This document shows, piece after piece, positions 20,356-32,777 of a DNA stretch of 64,000 bases. The notes beneath the pieces were generated by a model. The model ran no database searches, was not told the DNA's origin, and saw only the letters and a list, made by a program, of their open reading frames with translations. Position 1 is the stretch's first letter; every line of letters starts with the position of its first letter. The stretch lies in contig CBDCUI010000009.1 of NCBI GenBank assembly GCA_965222615.1, positions 288,001-352,000 of the forward strand, read 5' to 3'. Source of the stretch: Gammaproteobacteria bacterium (GTDB taxonomy: Bacteria > Pseudomonadota > Gammaproteobacteria > UBA4575). The position numbers and the translations under genes were made by a program.

Positions 20356-21317
20356 TGAAAATGATCAAAGCCCAAATTTTTAGGTAGTGCCATTTTAGTC
20401 TGACTTTTGTAAATACTTATTCCTTTACCTTGTACAATTTGTCCTATATCCGTGATAGGACATCTAATACGTTCACTAATTTGCTTTATCTGTGCACGAT
20501 ATTTTTCATCGGCAGTAAATAACAGCTCATAGTCCTCTCCACCTATTAGCGGCAGTGACCAATCTTGCGAGGTTTCGATATATGTCTGCATAGCACGTGA
20601 GATTGGTATTTTTTCAATATCTATTTCTGCCGCAACTTGACTCAGTGTTGTTAGCCGTTGCAAGTCTTGCAATAGACCATCCGAAATATCAATCGCAGCA
20701 GATGCAAAGTTTAAGATATTCAGACCTAGATTAATTCTAGAAATGGGTTTGTAGAGACTGTTGTATAGTTCATTTTTTTCTTCACTAGTTAATTCTAAAT
20801 TTAAATTTTCTTCGTGTAATTTTAATCCCAGCGAAGCGTTACCAATAATTCCTGAAACAAAAACATGATTATCAACTACTGCATTTGACCTTGTCAGTAC
20901 TTTTTCTAATGGAACATAACCTATAGCTTGTATTGAAATAGACAAAGACCCTCTTACCAAATCACCTCCAATGATTTTAATATTATTCTCATTTGCCAAC
21001 GCGAAAAGCCCGTCACTAAACGAACTAAGCCAAGTATGTCTAATTTCAGGCAAAGACAAATTTATCGTGGCCCATAGTGGTGTTGCCCCCATTGCGGCAA
21101 GATCACTTAGATTTACAGCTAACGCTTTATGTCCGATATATTCAGGCAAGCAATCAGAAAAAAAGTGCACCCCCTCATTTAATGTGTCAGTTGTAATCAC
21201 TAACCTAGTATTATCAGGGGAAGCGACCACTGCTGCGTCATCACCGATACCGATATCTACGAGATCATCAGGTTGATGACGAGAAAAATATTTTGAAATA
21301 ATTTCTTGCTCTGACAA
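20352..21317 (-). CDS. thiL: Thiamine-monophosphate kinase
   Basis: GIGDDAAV, NLSDLAAMGA, DISDGL, GGEDYEL. Confidence 0.95.
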   Translation of the reverse strand: MSEQEIISKYFSRHQPDDLVDIGIGDDAAVVASPDNTRLVITTDTLNEGVHFFSDCLPEYIGHKALAVNLSDLAAMGATPLWATINLSLPEIRHTWLSSFSDGLFALANENNIKIIGGDLVRGSLSISIQAIGYVPLEKVLTRSNAVVDNHVFVSGIIGNASLGLKLHEENLNLELTSEEKNELYNSLYKPISRINLGLNILNFASAAIDISDGLLQDLQRLTTLSQVAAEIDIEKIPISRAMQTYIETSQDWSLPLIGGEDYELLFTADEKYRAQIKQISERIRCPITDIGQIVQGKGISIYKSQTKMALPKNLGFDHFQ

Positions 21318-21350
21318 AACTAAATATTCTGTTGTAAGTATTTAGATAAG

Positions 21351-21776
21351 CTAGTTTTCGTCACGCACTTTTGCAATTTTATCTAATACACCGTTGATAA
21401 ATTTATAACCGTCTATTGATCCAAATTTTTTACAAAGCTTAACGGCTTCAGAAATGACGACATCAGTTGGAGTTTCAGTTATGTTAAGAATTTCATGGGT
21501 TGAAAATAGCAAAATAGCTTTTTCAACTGGGTCGATTACTTCACTTGATGAATCGACATAGCTCTCAAATACAGTTGAAAGTTCATTCGCATTGGTAATG
21601 GATGCACCCAACAATTCTACAAAATAATCCTTATCAACTTTATCCCAGTTTTCATCAACAGAATACTGCGCAAGCAACTCATCTATACTTTGATCAGTTA
21701 ATTGCCATTGATATAGCGCCTGTAATGCAAAACGTCTAGCCCAATGACGTTTTTGGGGGTCCACTTTATTATTCAA
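21351..21776 (-). CDS. nusB: Transcription antitermination factor NusB
   Basis: ARRFALQALYQW; KFINGVLD. Confidence 0.95.
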   Translation of the reverse strand: MNNKVDPQKRHWARRFALQALYQWQLTDQSIDELLAQYSVDENWDKVDKDYFVELLGASITNANELSTVFESYVDSSSEVIDPVEKAILLFSTHEILNITETPTDVVISEAVKLCKKFGSIDGYKFINGVLDKIAKVRDEN

Positions 21777-22255
21777 GAACTGATCTTTCTCAGAGCATTT
21801 ATCATCTCAAGTACACACAAGGCAGCATCGCGTCCTTTATTGTCTTCTACTTTATCCATAGATGACCGTGACAATGCCTGTTCCACAGTATCTGTAGTTA
21901 AAACACCAAATGCAATGGGTATATTTGTTTCTAGGCTAGCTTGCTGAATTCCCATCGTACAGCCCTGACTTACATATTCAAAATGAGGTGTACCGCCTCG
22001 GATAATACATGCTAAAGCAATTATGCCATTATATTTTTCAGTAAGCGCGAGTTGCTTACAAGTAATCGGTAATTCAAAAGCACCTGGAACAGGTATATGT
22101 GTGATAGAACTTTCTTCAACACCGTTATCAAGCAATGTGCTATATGCTGCTTGATACATTGATTCAACGATCTCACCATTGAAACGGGCAGAAACAATAG
22201 CAATTCTAGCCTGTTTGCCAGAATAATCCGCTCCCGAAGTAAAGCTTTGTTCCAT
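21773..22255 (-). CDS. ribH: 6,7-dimethyl-8-ribityllumazine synthase
   Basis: ARFN, VPGAFELP, IRGGTPHFEYV, NKG. Confidence 0.95.
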   Translation of the reverse strand: MEQSFTSGADYSGKQARIAIVSARFNGEIVESMYQAAYSTLLDNGVEESSITHIPVPGAFELPITCKQLALTEKYNGIIALACIIRGGTPHFEYVSQGCTMGIQQASLETNIPIAFGVLTTDTVEQALSRSSMDKVEDNKGRDAALCVLEMINALRKISS

Positions 22256-22265
22256 AAAAATATAA

Positions 22266-22859
22266 TTAAGTATGTTGAGTTAGTTGTTCAAGATAACGAG
22301 CTAAAAGATCTACTTCGATATTTACCAAATCACCATTACTTAAAGAATTTAAAGTCGTATGCGCTAAGGTATGCGAAATAATGGTTACACAATGTTGGTC
22401 ATCTTTTATTTTATTTACCGTCAAACTTATTCCATCAATACACACCGAACCTTTCACAGCAATATATTTAATCAGCTCAGTGGGAGCTGCAAACCAAAAA
22501 ATAGACTCGTTTTCATTATCTGTTCTTTCAGCAACTTTACCAATTCCATCTACATGACCACTTACAATATGGCCGCCCAAACGCGTTGTTGGCGTTAATG
22601 ACTTTTCTAAATTTACTTCATTATTCCTAATCTCACCACCAAAGGTCGTACATTGTTGTGTTTCTTGAGAAACATCTACAATAAAACTGTCCTTTTCAAC
22701 ATTATATGCAGTCAAACAAACACCATTGGTGCATATACTATCTCCATTCTTTACATCTTTAGCAAAAGATTCTGAAGTTTTTATTTGGTATTGATTGATA
22801 TCTTGTTGTTCAGCAATTTTGCTGATAACTCCTACCTCTTCAATTATGCCTGTAAACAT
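22266..22859 (-). CDS. ribE: Riboflavin synthase (alpha chain)
   Basis: MFTGIIE N-terminus; NGVCLT; GGHIVSGHVDG. Confidence 0.95.
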   Translation of the reverse strand: MFTGIIEEVGVISKIAEQQDINQYQIKTSESFAKDVKNGDSICTNGVCLTAYNVEKDSFIVDVSQETQQCTTFGGEIRNNEVNLEKSLTPTTRLGGHIVSGHVDGIGKVAERTDNENESIFWFAAPTELIKYIAVKGSVCIDGISLTVNKIKDDQHCVTIISHTLAHTTLNSLSNGDLVNIEVDLLARYLEQLTQHT

Positions 22860-22868
22860 TGATATCGG

Positions 22869-23438
22869 TTATTGAATGTTTAGGGTATACATCGTCATGG
22901 GCATTGCAGAAGAGTTGTTGAAGGTTGCACCCGCCTCGATGCCAATTTTTGCAATATTTTCAACATCATCTTCTTGATCATATATTGCATACATTGCGCC
23001 TAACGCAATGTCTCCTCCAGAACCGAGTGCCCAAAACTTCGAGTATTCAAACACTTCTCTGAGCGAATAAACTGCAAAAATACCATGTGGATTTACAATT
23101 AAAGTATCGATACGCGAAGATTCATAGGGGTCATCCTCTTCATCCTTCGGATTTAGATAGTAATCTTCTTTTAGGATTGGATGAAGCTTACGAAAAGACT
23201 CAAAAACTTCAAAGTGACTTTTAAAACTAAGTTCCTCGCCATGGTTTTCTAAAATACTTTTTATTACCATATGATGTGCAGCACTACCAACAATTCCAAA
23301 GTAATTGTTTTTATATAAATGAATTTTTTCATGGGTAAGATCATATTCACTTGACTGCTTAATCTCACCAAAAGTGGTCAAAGTATCAGCTGCTATACAC
23401 ACCTTACTATTTTTCTTAACTGCGACTATTGTTGACAT
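22869..23438 (-). CDS. Proteasome-beta/HslV-like Ntn-hydrolase (BPH-like)
   Basis: N-terminal MSTIVAV...IAADT; ALGSGG; 189 aa. Confidence 0.7.
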   Translation of the reverse strand: MSTIVAVKKNSKVCIAADTLTTFGEIKQSSEYDLTHEKIHLYKNNYFGIVGSAAHHMVIKSILENHGEELSFKSHFEVFESFRKLHPILKEDYYLNPKDEEDDPYESSRIDTLIVNPHGIFAVYSLREVFEYSKFWALGSGGDIALGAMYAIYDQEDDVENIAKIGIEAGATFNNSSAMPMTMYTLNIQ

Positions 23439-23439
23439 A

Positions 23440-24558
23440 CTATTTTAATATCGGTTTTGCTTTAATTTTTAATTCTTCACCAACGACGGTGGTTTCTAAT
23501 ATTTTCAAGTTTACACGGTTTTGCATGGCTACAACTGATGGCAAGTAAGCTATACCTTTACTAGCATCACCAAGTAAATGCGGTGCGATATAAAAAATCA
23601 ATTCATCCGTTAACTGCTGTTCCAATAAACTACCGACTAGTGTGGGGCCAGCTTCTACCAATACTTCATTTATTCCCCTTTGCGCCAAATCAGACATTAC
23701 TTCTTCCAGATTTATCTGCTTATTAGTTAAATTAGTTCTAACACATTCAACATTCTGGTTATTTAAAGAAGCCAATTTTTCTTCATCATTCGATGCAGTA
23801 TAAATAATCACCTTGCCAGGAAGATTTAAAAGCTTAGCATTGGAATTTATACGTAATTGTGTATCTACAATTGTTCTTATTGGCTGTTCAAAATGACCTT
23901 TAATATTTAAGTCTTGCTTAGATAAACGCACAGTTAACGAAGGATTATCGGCGATTACCGTATCAATACCAGTTAAAATAGCACAGCTGCGAGCACGTAA
24001 TTTTTGCACATCTAACCTTGCCTGTGGCGATGTAATCCATTTACTTTCTCCCGATGCCAATGAGGTTTTCCCATCCAAGCTGATTGCCGTTTTTACTGTT
24101 ACATAGGGTCGCTTTTGTGTGACTCTTTTAATAAAACCTTTATTCAGCTCGCGAGCTTCGGCCTCTAATATTCCATTACGTGTTGTCACTCCATGTTTCT
24201 CTAAATACGCAAACCCATTGCCATTGACTTGTGGGTTCGGGTCTTGCATTGCTGCAATTACGCAATCTACTTTGGCTTCTACAAGTGCTTCAACACAAGG
24301 GGGAGTATTGCCGTGATGGGAACAAGGCTCTAACGTCACGTATACCGTGGCACCAGTTACGTCTTCAACGACATTGTTTAGAGCCACGATTTCTGCGTGA
24401 GCTTGACCGGGATAGTCGTGGCAGCCAGTACCTATGACTTTGTTTTGTTTAACAATAACACAGCCTACTCGTGGATTAGTGCGGGTGGTAAATAAGCCCT
24501 TACTTGCTTGACGCAGCGCTTCGGCCATAAAGGCATGATCATTTAATACTTGTTGCAT
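23440..24558 (-). CDS. ribD: Bifunctional riboflavin deaminase/reductase
   Basis: NPRVGCV, HAE, TLEPCSH..TPPC, SLDG, VLVEAG. Confidence 0.95.
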   Translation of the reverse strand: MQQVLNDHAFMAEALRQASKGLFTTRTNPRVGCVIVKQNKVIGTGCHDYPGQAHAEIVALNNVVEDVTGATVYVTLEPCSHHGNTPPCVEALVEAKVDCVIAAMQDPNPQVNGNGFAYLEKHGVTTRNGILEAEARELNKGFIKRVTQKRPYVTVKTAISLDGKTSLASGESKWITSPQARLDVQKLRARSCAILTGIDTVIADNPSLTVRLSKQDLNIKGHFEQPIRTIVDTQLRINSNAKLLNLPGKVIIYTASNDEEKLASLNNQNVECVRTNLTNKQINLEEVMSDLAQRGINEVLVEAGPTLVGSLLEQQLTDELIFYIAPHLLGDASKGIAYLPSVVAMQNRVNLKILETTVVGEELKIKAKPILK

Positions 24559-24594
24559 ACTGACTTGGTGCCAGTGAACTTTTGTTCTAGTAAT

Positions 24595-25113
24595 CTAATG
24601 CGTGCTTTTATCGAAATCGTCAGAGATTAATGAAAGTTGGCTCTCTAGCATCTCGGGAGTTAAATCGTTCTCTACTCTATCAATGATTTCTTTAAACGCC
24701 TGCACATCTTCAAAACTTCGATACACAGATGCAAACCGAACATAAGCTACTTGGTCAAGTGCCCGTAATTCCATCATTGTCCACTCACCGATCAAGCTTG
24801 CAGGAATTTCTCGCTCACCCAGGCCTAAAGACTTATGCGAAATTCGACTAATAATTGCATCGATTTTCTCTGTTGGCACAGGTCTCTTTTCACAAGCCAA
24901 CGTAATACCTTTACGTAACTTTTCTTCACTAAATGGTTCACGTCTTTCATCGCGCTTTACTACACGTGGTAAATTTCTTTCGGCACATTCATAAGTTGTA
25001 AAACGCTCAGAACAGTTTATACATTCACGCCGACGGCGAACTTGGTCTCCCTCGCTAGCAAGGCGTGAATCTACAACTTTAGTATCTTCAGAATGACAAA
25101 AAGGGCAACGCAT
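24595..25113 (-). CDS. nrdR: Transcriptional repressor NrdR
   Basis: MRCPFC, RRRREC, ATP cone, AYVRFASVY. Confidence 0.97.
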   Translation of the reverse strand: MRCPFCHSEDTKVVDSRLASEGDQVRRRRECINCSERFTTYECAERNLPRVVKRDERREPFSEEKLRKGITLACEKRPVPTEKIDAIISRISHKSLGLGEREIPASLIGEWTMMELRALDQVAYVRFASVYRSFEDVQAFKEIIDRVENDLTPEMLESQLSLISDDFDKSTH

Positions 25114-25147
25114 TACACTACAAGTAAACTACGTTTTGAATTTTCAA

Positions 25148-26428
25148 TTAAGCGACGGCTTGTTGAGCAGAGCTAGCACCATATACAGGAAAACGTTTAC
25201 ATAAATCTAATACTTGATTTTTAACACGCTCTATTGTTTCAGTATTTTCTAAATCATCCAGAATATCGCACATCCAATTGACTAATTCTTTACACTCTTG
25301 TTCTTTAAACCCACGCGTGGTCGCGGCCGGCGTACCTATGCGCAAACCACTCGTTACAAAAGGAGATTGTGGATCATTGGGTACAGTATTCTTATTAACT
25401 GTGATGTTAGCTTTACCAAGTGCGGCATCTGCGTCTTTACCCGTAATACCCTTATCAATCAAATCGACTAAAAATAAATGATCATCGGTACCACCAGATA
25501 CGATCTTATAACCACGATTCATAAATTGCTCAGCCATAGCTTTTGCATTGCTTAGAACTTGCTGCTGATATTCTTTAAATTCAGGCTGCAGAGCTTCTAA
25601 AAATGCTACTGCTTTCGCTGCAATGACATGCATCAATGGGCCACCTTGTGTACCTGGAAAAACCGTAGAGTTTAGCTTTTTAGTAATTTCTTCATTTTCC
25701 CGAGCCAAAATAATTCCACCACGTGGGCCGCGTAAGGTTTTATGAGTAGTAGAGGTCACAACATCGGCAACAGGGACCGGATTAGGATATAAACCAGCTG
25801 CAATCAAGCCCGAAACATGCGCCATATCCACGAAGAATAATGCACCAACTGCATCACAAATGTCTCTAAATCTTTGCCAATCCCAAACACGAGAATATGC
25901 AGAAAACCCTGCAACAATCATTTTCGGTTTGTGTTCTTTGGCAAGTCGTTCTACTTCATCGTAATCCACTTCGCCGGTATCGGGATTTAAACCATACTGA
26001 ACTGCATTAAAAATTTTGCCAGAAAAATTAACCGGACAACCATGAGTCAAATGACCGCCATGTGATAAGGCAAGACCCATAATCGTGTCATGCGGTTCTA
26101 ATAAAGCCAGATAAACAGCAGCATTCGCCTGTGAACCAGAATGTGGTTGTACATTTGCATAATCGGCATCAAAAAGTTGCTTGATACGATCGATCGCTAA
26201 TTGTTCAGCAATGTCTACATACTCGCATCCGCCATAGTAACGTTTTGCCGGATAACCCTCGGCATATTTATTGGTGAGAACACTACCTTGAGCCTCCATG
26301 ACTCGTGGGCTGGTATAGTTTTCCGAAGCAATAAGCTCCACATGTTCTTCTTGACGGCGAATTTCTGATTTAATGGCGTCAGTGAGTTCCTTGTCAAAAT
26401 TGGCAATGGCCATGTCTGCTGTAAACAT
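25148..26428 (-). CDS. glyA: Serine hydroxymethyltransferase
   Basis: [27 protein letters not shown]. Confidence 0.98.
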   Translation of the reverse strand: MFTADMAIANFDKELTDAIKSEIRRQEEHVELIASENYTSPRVMEAQGSVLTNKYAEGYPAKRYYGGCEYVDIAEQLAIDRIKQLFDADYANVQPHSGSQANAAVYLALLEPHDTIMGLALSHGGHLTHGCPVNFSGKIFNAVQYGLNPDTGEVDYDEVERLAKEHKPKMIVAGFSAYSRVWDWQRFRDICDAVGALFFVDMAHVSGLIAAGLYPNPVPVADVVTSTTHKTLRGPRGGIILARENEEITKKLNSTVFPGTQGGPLMHVIAAKAVAFLEALQPEFKEYQQQVLSNAKAMAEQFMNRGYKIVSGGTDDHLFLVDLIDKGITGKDADAALGKANITVNKNTVPNDPQSPFVTSGLRIGTPAATTRGFKEQECKELVNWMCDILDDLENTETIERVKNQVLDLCKRFPVYGASSAQQAVA

Positions 26429-26529
26429 TTGTGTCTCCTACCTGGAATATTCTTAAAAAACGTAGAACCGAATAATGGCTGAATTATAGCTTATTTATCA
26501 TAACTGGATGAGGAAAATATGGGTATATT

Positions 26530-27474
26530 TCAAGCATTTATCATGGTTTCTGTGACAGCAAGCCAACCCTTGGAGATATTACCCAGGTTATATCCACCGC
26601 CGCCAAGTGCCACTAAACGGCCATCACAGTGCTTGTTCGCATAGTTAATTAACTCTTGTGTCACAAAACCATGTGTTGCTTGACTGTACTGCATATCGGT
26701 GATCGGATCACCAGCCATGCTATCAACGCCACACTGTAATAGAACGAATTCCGGTGTGTATTGAGCTAAAAATTGTTTGGCCTTTTGCCACTCATTTAGG
26801 AGTTTTTCGTCATTACTTCCAGGGGGCATTTCAATATTTAATTTAGTCCCGATGGCTTGCCCATTACCAGTCTCAGTAGATCTGCCTGTTCCAGGATACA
26901 GGGTCTTACTATCTTGATGAAAATCTAAAAAAATAACCTGTTCATTATTCGCATAGGAATAAAAAACACCATCTCCATGATGCGCATCGATATCGACATA
27001 TAAAATTTGTTTTAGCTTGTAATGAGTTTGTAAATATTCAATTGCCACACCGCAGTCATTGAAAACACAAAAGCCACTTGCACCATCGCGCCGCGCATGG
27101 TGTAACCCACCAATTGGATTAAATGCATGTCGACACTTTTTTTGTATAACCGCATCGATTGCAGCAAGCGTTGTCCCCACCACTGTTGCGGCAGCTTCAT
27201 ACATGCCGGGAAATACTGGCGTATCGCCATGGTCTAGATAGCCACTCCCTAGTTCTGATAAATACTGTACTTTAGACAGGTAGTCTTTAGTGTGAAATAG
27301 CTGGATGAGATCAATATCGGCTATCTGTGGCGTACGGATACAACATTTATTAATAAGCTTCGATGCACTTAGAGCTGAATAATAGGCAGCATGTCGTTGC
27401 AGGTTGAATGGATGACCGTCTGGAAACCCATATTTAGCAAGCGCATCACCTACAAATACACATGTCTTTGCCAT
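26530..27474 (-). CDS. Histone deacetylase family protein (AcuC-like)
   Basis: GGLHHA, GFCVFND, DIDAHHGDG, GGGGY. Confidence 0.9.
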   Translation of the reverse strand: MAKTCVFVGDALAKYGFPDGHPFNLQRHAAYYSALSASKLINKCCIRTPQIADIDLIQLFHTKDYLSKVQYLSELGSGYLDHGDTPVFPGMYEAAATVVGTTLAAIDAVIQKKCRHAFNPIGGLHHARRDGASGFCVFNDCGVAIEYLQTHYKLKQILYVDIDAHHGDGVFYSYANNEQVIFLDFHQDSKTLYPGTGRSTETGNGQAIGTKLNIEMPPGSNDEKLLNEWQKAKQFLAQYTPEFVLLQCGVDSMAGDPITDMQYSQATHGFVTQELINYANKHCDGRLVALGGGGYNLGNISKGWLAVTETMINA

Positions 27475-27621
27475 TTCAGTGGAAATACCAATTTTAGATC
27501 AATAGAAGTTCATGCTAACACGCGTATCACGACGTGCTACTGGAGTTGAACATTTTGTGAAAGAAAAAAGACTTAATAAACTACATCACATAGTTTATTT
27601 TATAAGTGTTTAATAAATTAA

Positions 27622-28215
27622 TTAAAATTTGAACTTGAGTTCAGTAGATAAGTAATCTACATCAGACTCCTGCATCTGATAACGTTCCCATTCGGCACTG
27701 ATACCGAATCTTGGATTTAAATCGTAATTCGCCCCAAAGCCATAGAAAACATCCGTACCGCGCGTTTTTTCAAGTAAGTCATTGCTATTCTCTTCTAAAA
27801 ACCTAGAGTCTATTTCCCAGTTAAATACACCACCCTTCATATAAAGTGAGGCGCTATCATTGATGGAATAACTACTAATGCCAGATAAGAAAAGCGCATT
27901 TGATTCAAAGCTTGTTGATTCAGTTTCTGGAAACCATAAAGATGAACCAGCAAACATGTTATCGATCCCAAATGCCAGATCATCTTGGTATTCAAGCTGC
28001 AAAGAAAAAAACTTATTGGTACGGTAACCACCGATTAAAGAAATACCATCTTCTTCTTCAGGTCTAAATGTAGAAGAAGAGTTTTCTCTTAAACTATCTA
28101 GATAAGGAATGGCATTATTCTCAATTGCCTCTGCACCGATATACCACTCTGCTGTTGCGGTTTGTGTAAGCAACAAACTAAATGAAATCAATCCAGTTTT
28201 GATTATTATTCGCAT
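27622..28215 (-). CDS. OmpA-like outer-membrane beta-barrel protein
   Basis: Signal peptide, amphipathic strands (GGYR, AEWERY), C-terminal Phe. Confidence 0.75.
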   Translation of the reverse strand: MRIIIKTGLISFSLLLTQTATAEWYIGAEAIENNAIPYLDSLRENSSSTFRPEEEDGISLIGGYRTNKFFSLQLEYQDDLAFGIDNMFAGSSLWFPETESTSFESNALFLSGISSYSINDSASLYMKGGVFNWEIDSRFLEENSNDLLEKTRGTDVFYGFGANYDLNPRFGISAEWERYQMQESDVDYLSTELKFKF

Positions 28216-28390
28216 ACCTAACGCCTATCCTTGAGTTCATCAATTATATTCTAATTTTCGACTATAGAATACCTATTAAACATTACAAATTAGCAAATTT
28301 AAGCAATTTTACTCGTCAAAATTATGCCGTCCATATGAAAATTAATACCGTTTATTCGACATAATTACTAAGCTTTATAGGCTATATTAG

Positions 28391-31300
28391 CTAATTTATT
28401 GCCTTGCGAGCATTATTGAACAACTGCATCCAAGGTCCATTTTCGGACCAATATTTGGGATGCCATGAATATTGCAGACTACGAAACAATCGTTCTGGGT
28501 GCGGCATCATAATAGTAAAACGCCCATCCGAAGTGCAAAATGCGGTCGCACCTTGTGACGAGCCATTTGGATTAAATGGATATCTATCAGTTATTTGCAA
28601 GTTATTATTAATGTATTGCATTGATATTAATTTATGTCTAGTCAGATAATCCAAAGACTCGCTTGAGCATTCAGCTTTGCCTTCACCGTGGGCCACAACA
28701 ATCGGTAAATTAGACCCGTGCATTCCTTCAAAAAATATTGAAGGAGACTCAGATACTTTAACCATCACCAATCTGGCCTCAAATTGTTCTGAGGTATTGC
28801 GTACAAATATGGGCCAGTGCTCTGCGCCCGGAATCAGCCCCTTAAGTTGAGAAAGCATCTGGCAACCATTACACACACCTAATACAAAGACGTCTGGTCG
28901 CGAAAAAAATTCCGCAAAACTGTGTTTTAGTTGTTCATTAAATAAGATGGACTTTGCCCAACCACCCCCTGCACCCAACACATCCCCATATGAAAAGCCG
29001 CCACAGGCCACTAAGCCTTGAAAATTATCCAGATCATGCCTTTTTGAAATCAAGTCCGTCATATGCACATCAACCGAGTCAAATCCGGCGCGATCAAATG
29101 CGACTGCCATTTCCATATGTCCATTTACGCCTTGTTCTCGTAGCACGGCGATTTTAGGTCGTATACCTGAATTAACGAATGGTGCTTGCTCGGCAAAATT
29201 AAAAGAAACCGTAGCGGATAAACCAGGATTGTTTGCATCTAAAATAGACTCCAGTTCTTGCTCTGCACATTTGGGATTGTCACGTAACGACTGAATACGA
29301 TAACTTGTTTGCATCCATAACTGCTGTAACTGAATACGCGTATTCCTATAATAATCTTCACCATGAAAATGAAATACGATTTCATCTGTGGAGCTAAGCT
29401 CACCTATCTTATAAGTGTCGTTTGCCAAATCATGTGCTGCCAATATTTCCGCTGCTTGTTCTTTATCCTGACCAGCAATTTGTATTACAGCCCCCAACTC
29501 TTCAGTAAATAAGCTTGCGATGGGATCCGAGCCTAATTCATCCAGTGAAATATTCATGCCAATGTGACTGGCAAAACACATCTCGCTTAGTGTTGCAAAC
29601 AATCCACCATCAGAGCGGTCATGATAAGCATGAATTAATTTTGCTTCTTTCAGTGCTGTTATTGCATTGAAAAAGCTTATAAGTTTCTTTGAATTGGTGA
29701 GATCGGCAGGTTCTGCTCCGATTGTTGAATACACTTGAGCAAGTGCAGAACCACCTAAACGATTTTTTTTACCACCTAAATCGATAAGTAAAATTTCACT
29801 ATTCTCAATTTCCTTATCGAGAACCGGTGTTAAAGTATTTCTTACATCACTAACTGGAGCAAAGGCAGAAATAATAAGTGATAGTGGTGCCGTTACGGAT
29901 TTTTCATGCCCATCTTCTTGCCAAACACTTTTCATGGAAAGCGAATCTTTGCCAACGGGTATGGCAATTTTTAATTCAGGGCATAATTCTTGAGCAGTCG
30001 CATATACCGTCGCATATAAATTTGCATCCTCGCCCGGATGTCCGGCTGGTGCCATCCAATTTGCAGAAAGCCTAATATCTGCAAGTTGCTTAACATCTGC
30101 AGCTACAATATTGGTTATCGCTTCCCCAATTGCCATGCGAGCGGATGCCGGACCCGAAAGCAGCGCAATTGGTGGACGTTCGCCCATCGACATGGCTTCA
30201 CCGCTATAACCTCGATAATCGCTACATGTCACTGCGACATCGGCAACCGGAACTTGCCAAGGTCCAACAAAAGGATCTCTTGCAACTAAGCCCGTTACAG
30301 TTCGATCGCCAATAGTGATTAAAAAGTTTTTCGCTGCTACCGTTGGCAATTGCAAAATTCTTTGCACAGCATCTTGAATAGAAATTTGGTTAGTTTGAAA
30401 TTCTTTTGTGGGACTATTTACACGACTGACATCACGCAACATTTTAGGTGTTTTGCCCAATAACACATTCATAGGCAAATCGATTGGCGTATTCTCAAAG
30501 AAATTATCGATAAGCTTTAATTGTTGCTTTGCAGTGCTATGGCCTAAAACAGCATATGGGCAACGTTCGCGTGCGCATATTTCCTCAAATACATGTAGCT
30601 TATCGTTCTCAATCGCTAACACATAACGCTCTTGCGCTTCATTACACCAAATCTCTTTTGGTGACATACCAGGTTCCGCATTGGGAATTTTACGCAGATC
30701 AAATGTACCGCCTTGTTCTGCGTCATTGATTAATTCAGGAATGGCATTCGATAAACCGCCTGCACCTACATCATGAATTGAAAGAATTGGGCTTTCTTCA
30801 CCATAAGCAGTACATTGTTCGATCACTTCTTGACAGCGTCGTTGCATTTCCGCATTACTTCTTTGTACTGAGGCGTAATCAAGATCAGCAGAACTTGTTC
30901 CACTAGACATTGAAGATGCAGCCCCACCACCCAAGCCGATTAACATTGCCGGTCCTCCTAACACGATAATGGGAGTGCCTTCAGGAAATTTATTCTTTTC
31001 AATGTGCTGTGAGCGGACATTGCCTAACCCGCCGGCAATCATAATGGGCTTGTGATAACCACGAACATTTGAACCACCAGTCGCAGGCGAAATATCCATT
31101 TCCAAGGTTCTAAAATATCCACAAATATTAGGCCGTCCAAATTCATTATTGAATGAAGCCGCTCCAATCGGACCCTGCAACATAATTTCTAAGGGCGTAA
31201 CAATGCGATCGGGTTTGCCATACTCAATTTCCCAGGGTTGAATCGCATTGGGCAGTCGCAGATTCGAAACTGAAAATCCACATAGCCCAGCTTTTGGTCG

Positions 31301-32275
31301 CCCGCCACAACCCACTGCACCTTCATCGCGAATTTCTCCACCGGAGCCGGTTGCCGCCCCGGGAAAAGGCGAAATTGCCGTGGGATGATTATGGGTCTCA
31401 ACTTTCATTAATATATTTACATCTTCGTTTTCGTACTCATAATGTTTAGCACTTGGGTTTACTTGAAAACGAGTTGCAGCATGCCCACGCATTACTGCAG
31501 CATTGTCACTGTATGCAGACAAAATATTTTCTGGGGAATGCTTGTAGGTATTTCTTATCATGCCAAACAAGCTAAATTCTTGTGGTTGTTGATCAATTAT
31601 CCAGTCAGCATTAAATATTTTATGCCGACAATGTTCTGAATTGGCTTGCGCAAACATCATGAGCTCAGTATCGGTAGGATTTCTGCCAAGCTTTTGATAA
31701 TTTTCAATTAAGTAATCAACTTCATCGTCCGCTAAGGCCAGTCCCATTTCTCGGTTTGCAGTCAATAATGCCTGTTTAGCATTATTTGTTATGTCTATGT
31801 ATTCGAGTTGACGTCTTTCCTCTTCAACAAACAAGGCCTTCGCATCTTGCAAAGAAAAACACACCGACTCCGTCATACGGTCATGCAATAAATTCGCTAT
31901 TTTATGTTTTTCATCTTCGTCCAAATCTGAGGCTAACGAAAATTGGTATAAAGTCCCACGTTCAATACGCTCTATGTTTTGTAAGCCGCAGTTATGTGCA
32001 ATATCGGTAGCTTTAGAGGACCATGGAGAAATCGTGCCTAAGCGAGGAATGACTAAAATATTAAAATCATTTTGAATAATCAAAGGACTTGGAGCGTAAG
32101 CAAGCAGCGCCTTTAAATGCTCAGATTCACTTTCGTTGAGTTCTTGTTCGCTTTTAATAAAGTGAAAAAATGTGGCAGAAAACGTATGTATTTTTGCAGA
32201 AACACCTTGAAGTTCACGCAGTAGACTTTGGGTACGAAAATCAGATAGTGCATTGCCTCCTTCAATGATTAGCAT
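28391..32275 (-). CDS. purL: Phosphoribosylformylglycinamidine synthase (large type)
   Basis: [34 protein letters not shown]; 1294 aa. Confidence 0.98.
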   Translation of the reverse strand: MLIIEGGNALSDFRTQSLLRELQGVSAKIHTFSATFFHFIKSEQELNESESEHLKALLAYAPSPLIIQNDFNILVIPRLGTISPWSSKATDIAHNCGLQNIERIERGTLYQFSLASDLDEDEKHKIANLLHDRMTESVCFSLQDAKALFVEEERRQLEYIDITNNAKQALLTANREMGLALADDEVDYLIENYQKLGRNPTDTELMMFAQANSEHCRHKIFNADWIIDQQPQEFSLFGMIRNTYKHSPENILSAYSDNAAVMRGHAATRFQVNPSAKHYEYENEDVNILMKVETHNHPTAISPFPGAATGSGGEIRDEGAVGCGGRPKAGLCGFSVSNLRLPNAIQPWEIEYGKPDRIVTPLEIMLQGPIGAASFNNEFGRPNICGYFRTLEMDISPATGGSNVRGYHKPIMIAGGLGNVRSQHIEKNKFPEGTPIIVLGGPAMLIGLGGGAASSMSSGTSSADLDYASVQRSNAEMQRRCQEVIEQCTAYGEESPILSIHDVGAGGLSNAIPELINDAEQGGTFDLRKIPNAEPGMSPKEIWCNEAQERYVLAIENDKLHVFEEICARERCPYAVLGHSTAKQQLKLIDNFFENTPIDLPMNVLLGKTPKMLRDVSRVNSPTKEFQTNQISIQDAVQRILQLPTVAAKNFLITIGDRTVTGLVARDPFVGPWQVPVADVAVTCSDYRGYSGEAMSMGERPPIALLSGPASARMAIGEAITNIVAADVKQLADIRLSANWMAPAGHPGEDANLYATVYATAQELCPELKIAIPVGKDSLSMKSVWQEDGHEKSVTAPLSLIISAFAPVSDVRNTLTPVLDKEIENSEILLIDLGGKKNRLGGSALAQVYSTIGAEPADLTNSKKLISFFNAITALKEAKLIHAYHDRSDGGLFATLSEMCFASHIGMNISLDELGSDPIASLFTEELGAVIQIAGQDKEQAAEILAAHDLANDTYKIGELSSTDEIVFHFHGEDYYRNTRIQLQQLWMQTSYRIQSLRDNPKCAEQELESILDANNPGLSATVSFNFAEQAPFVNSGIRPKIAVLREQGVNGHMEMAVAFDRAGFDSVDVHMTDLISKRHDLDNFQGLVACGGFSYGDVLGAGGGWAKSILFNEQLKHSFAEFFSRPDVFVLGVCNGCQMLSQLKGLIPGAEHWPIFVRNTSEQFEARLVMVKVSESPSIFFEGMHGSNLPIVVAHGEGKAECSSESLDYLTRHKLISMQYINNNLQITDRYPFNPNGSSQGATAFCTSDGRFTIMMPHPERLFRSLQYSWHPKYWSENGPWMQLFNNARKAIN

Positions 32276-32404
32276 GTATTTCAGTACACCTTAATAAATA
32301 TAGAGATATAGGTTGAGTGAAGGCGGGAATCATAGCGAAAACATATGGTCTAATCACCTAGTGAATTGTGCTGAATATCAGCAAATACATGTATAAAAAT
32401 ATAG

Positions 32405-32410
32405 TATAAT
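32405..32410 (+). promoter_or_regulatory. Putative sigma70 -10 box for ssrA
   Basis: TATAAT 11 nt upstream of the mature tmRNA 5' end; no clear -35. Confidence 0.5.
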
Positions 32411-32421
32411 TATGCGGTTAT

Positions 32422-32777
32422 GGGGGCGACTTGGTTTCGACGTGGATTACGAAACTAGAGGTGCATGCCGAGGATGTAGCTAGCCTCGTAAATAAAGCTG
32501 CAAACATATAGTTGCAAACGATGACAACTACGCTTTAGCTGCTTAAAAACCAGTCTAATGCCGTCCGACCAGTTCAGCTTACGGTTCTGACTCGGGCGTA
32601 ACCTCAGTAAGCTCGTGGTGAAGTATGCCTGATGCGGATCCATTAAAACTTTTCCAGGCTCCCCGTTATATGCCCTGTCGTTCGGGAGTGTAGCGGTTAA
32701 GTTAAAGAGCGACTAAGCATGTAGTACCAACGGCAGAGGGTTCGCGGACGCGGGTTCGATTCCCGCCGCCTCCACCA
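32422..32777 (+). ncRNA. ssrA: tmRNA; tag peptide ANDDNYALAA* at 32514-32546
   Basis: GGGGGCG/CGCCTCC-ACCA acceptor stem with G3:U pair, GGTTCGATTCC T-loop, internal tag reading frame. Confidence 0.97.

Noticed and set aside
24559-25147. FMN riboswitch upstream of the rib genes
   Set aside because: Intergenic gaps are only about 35 nt and no RFN consensus is visible
32455-32643. 62-aa minus-strand ORF
   Set aside because: Lies entirely antisense within the tmRNA gene
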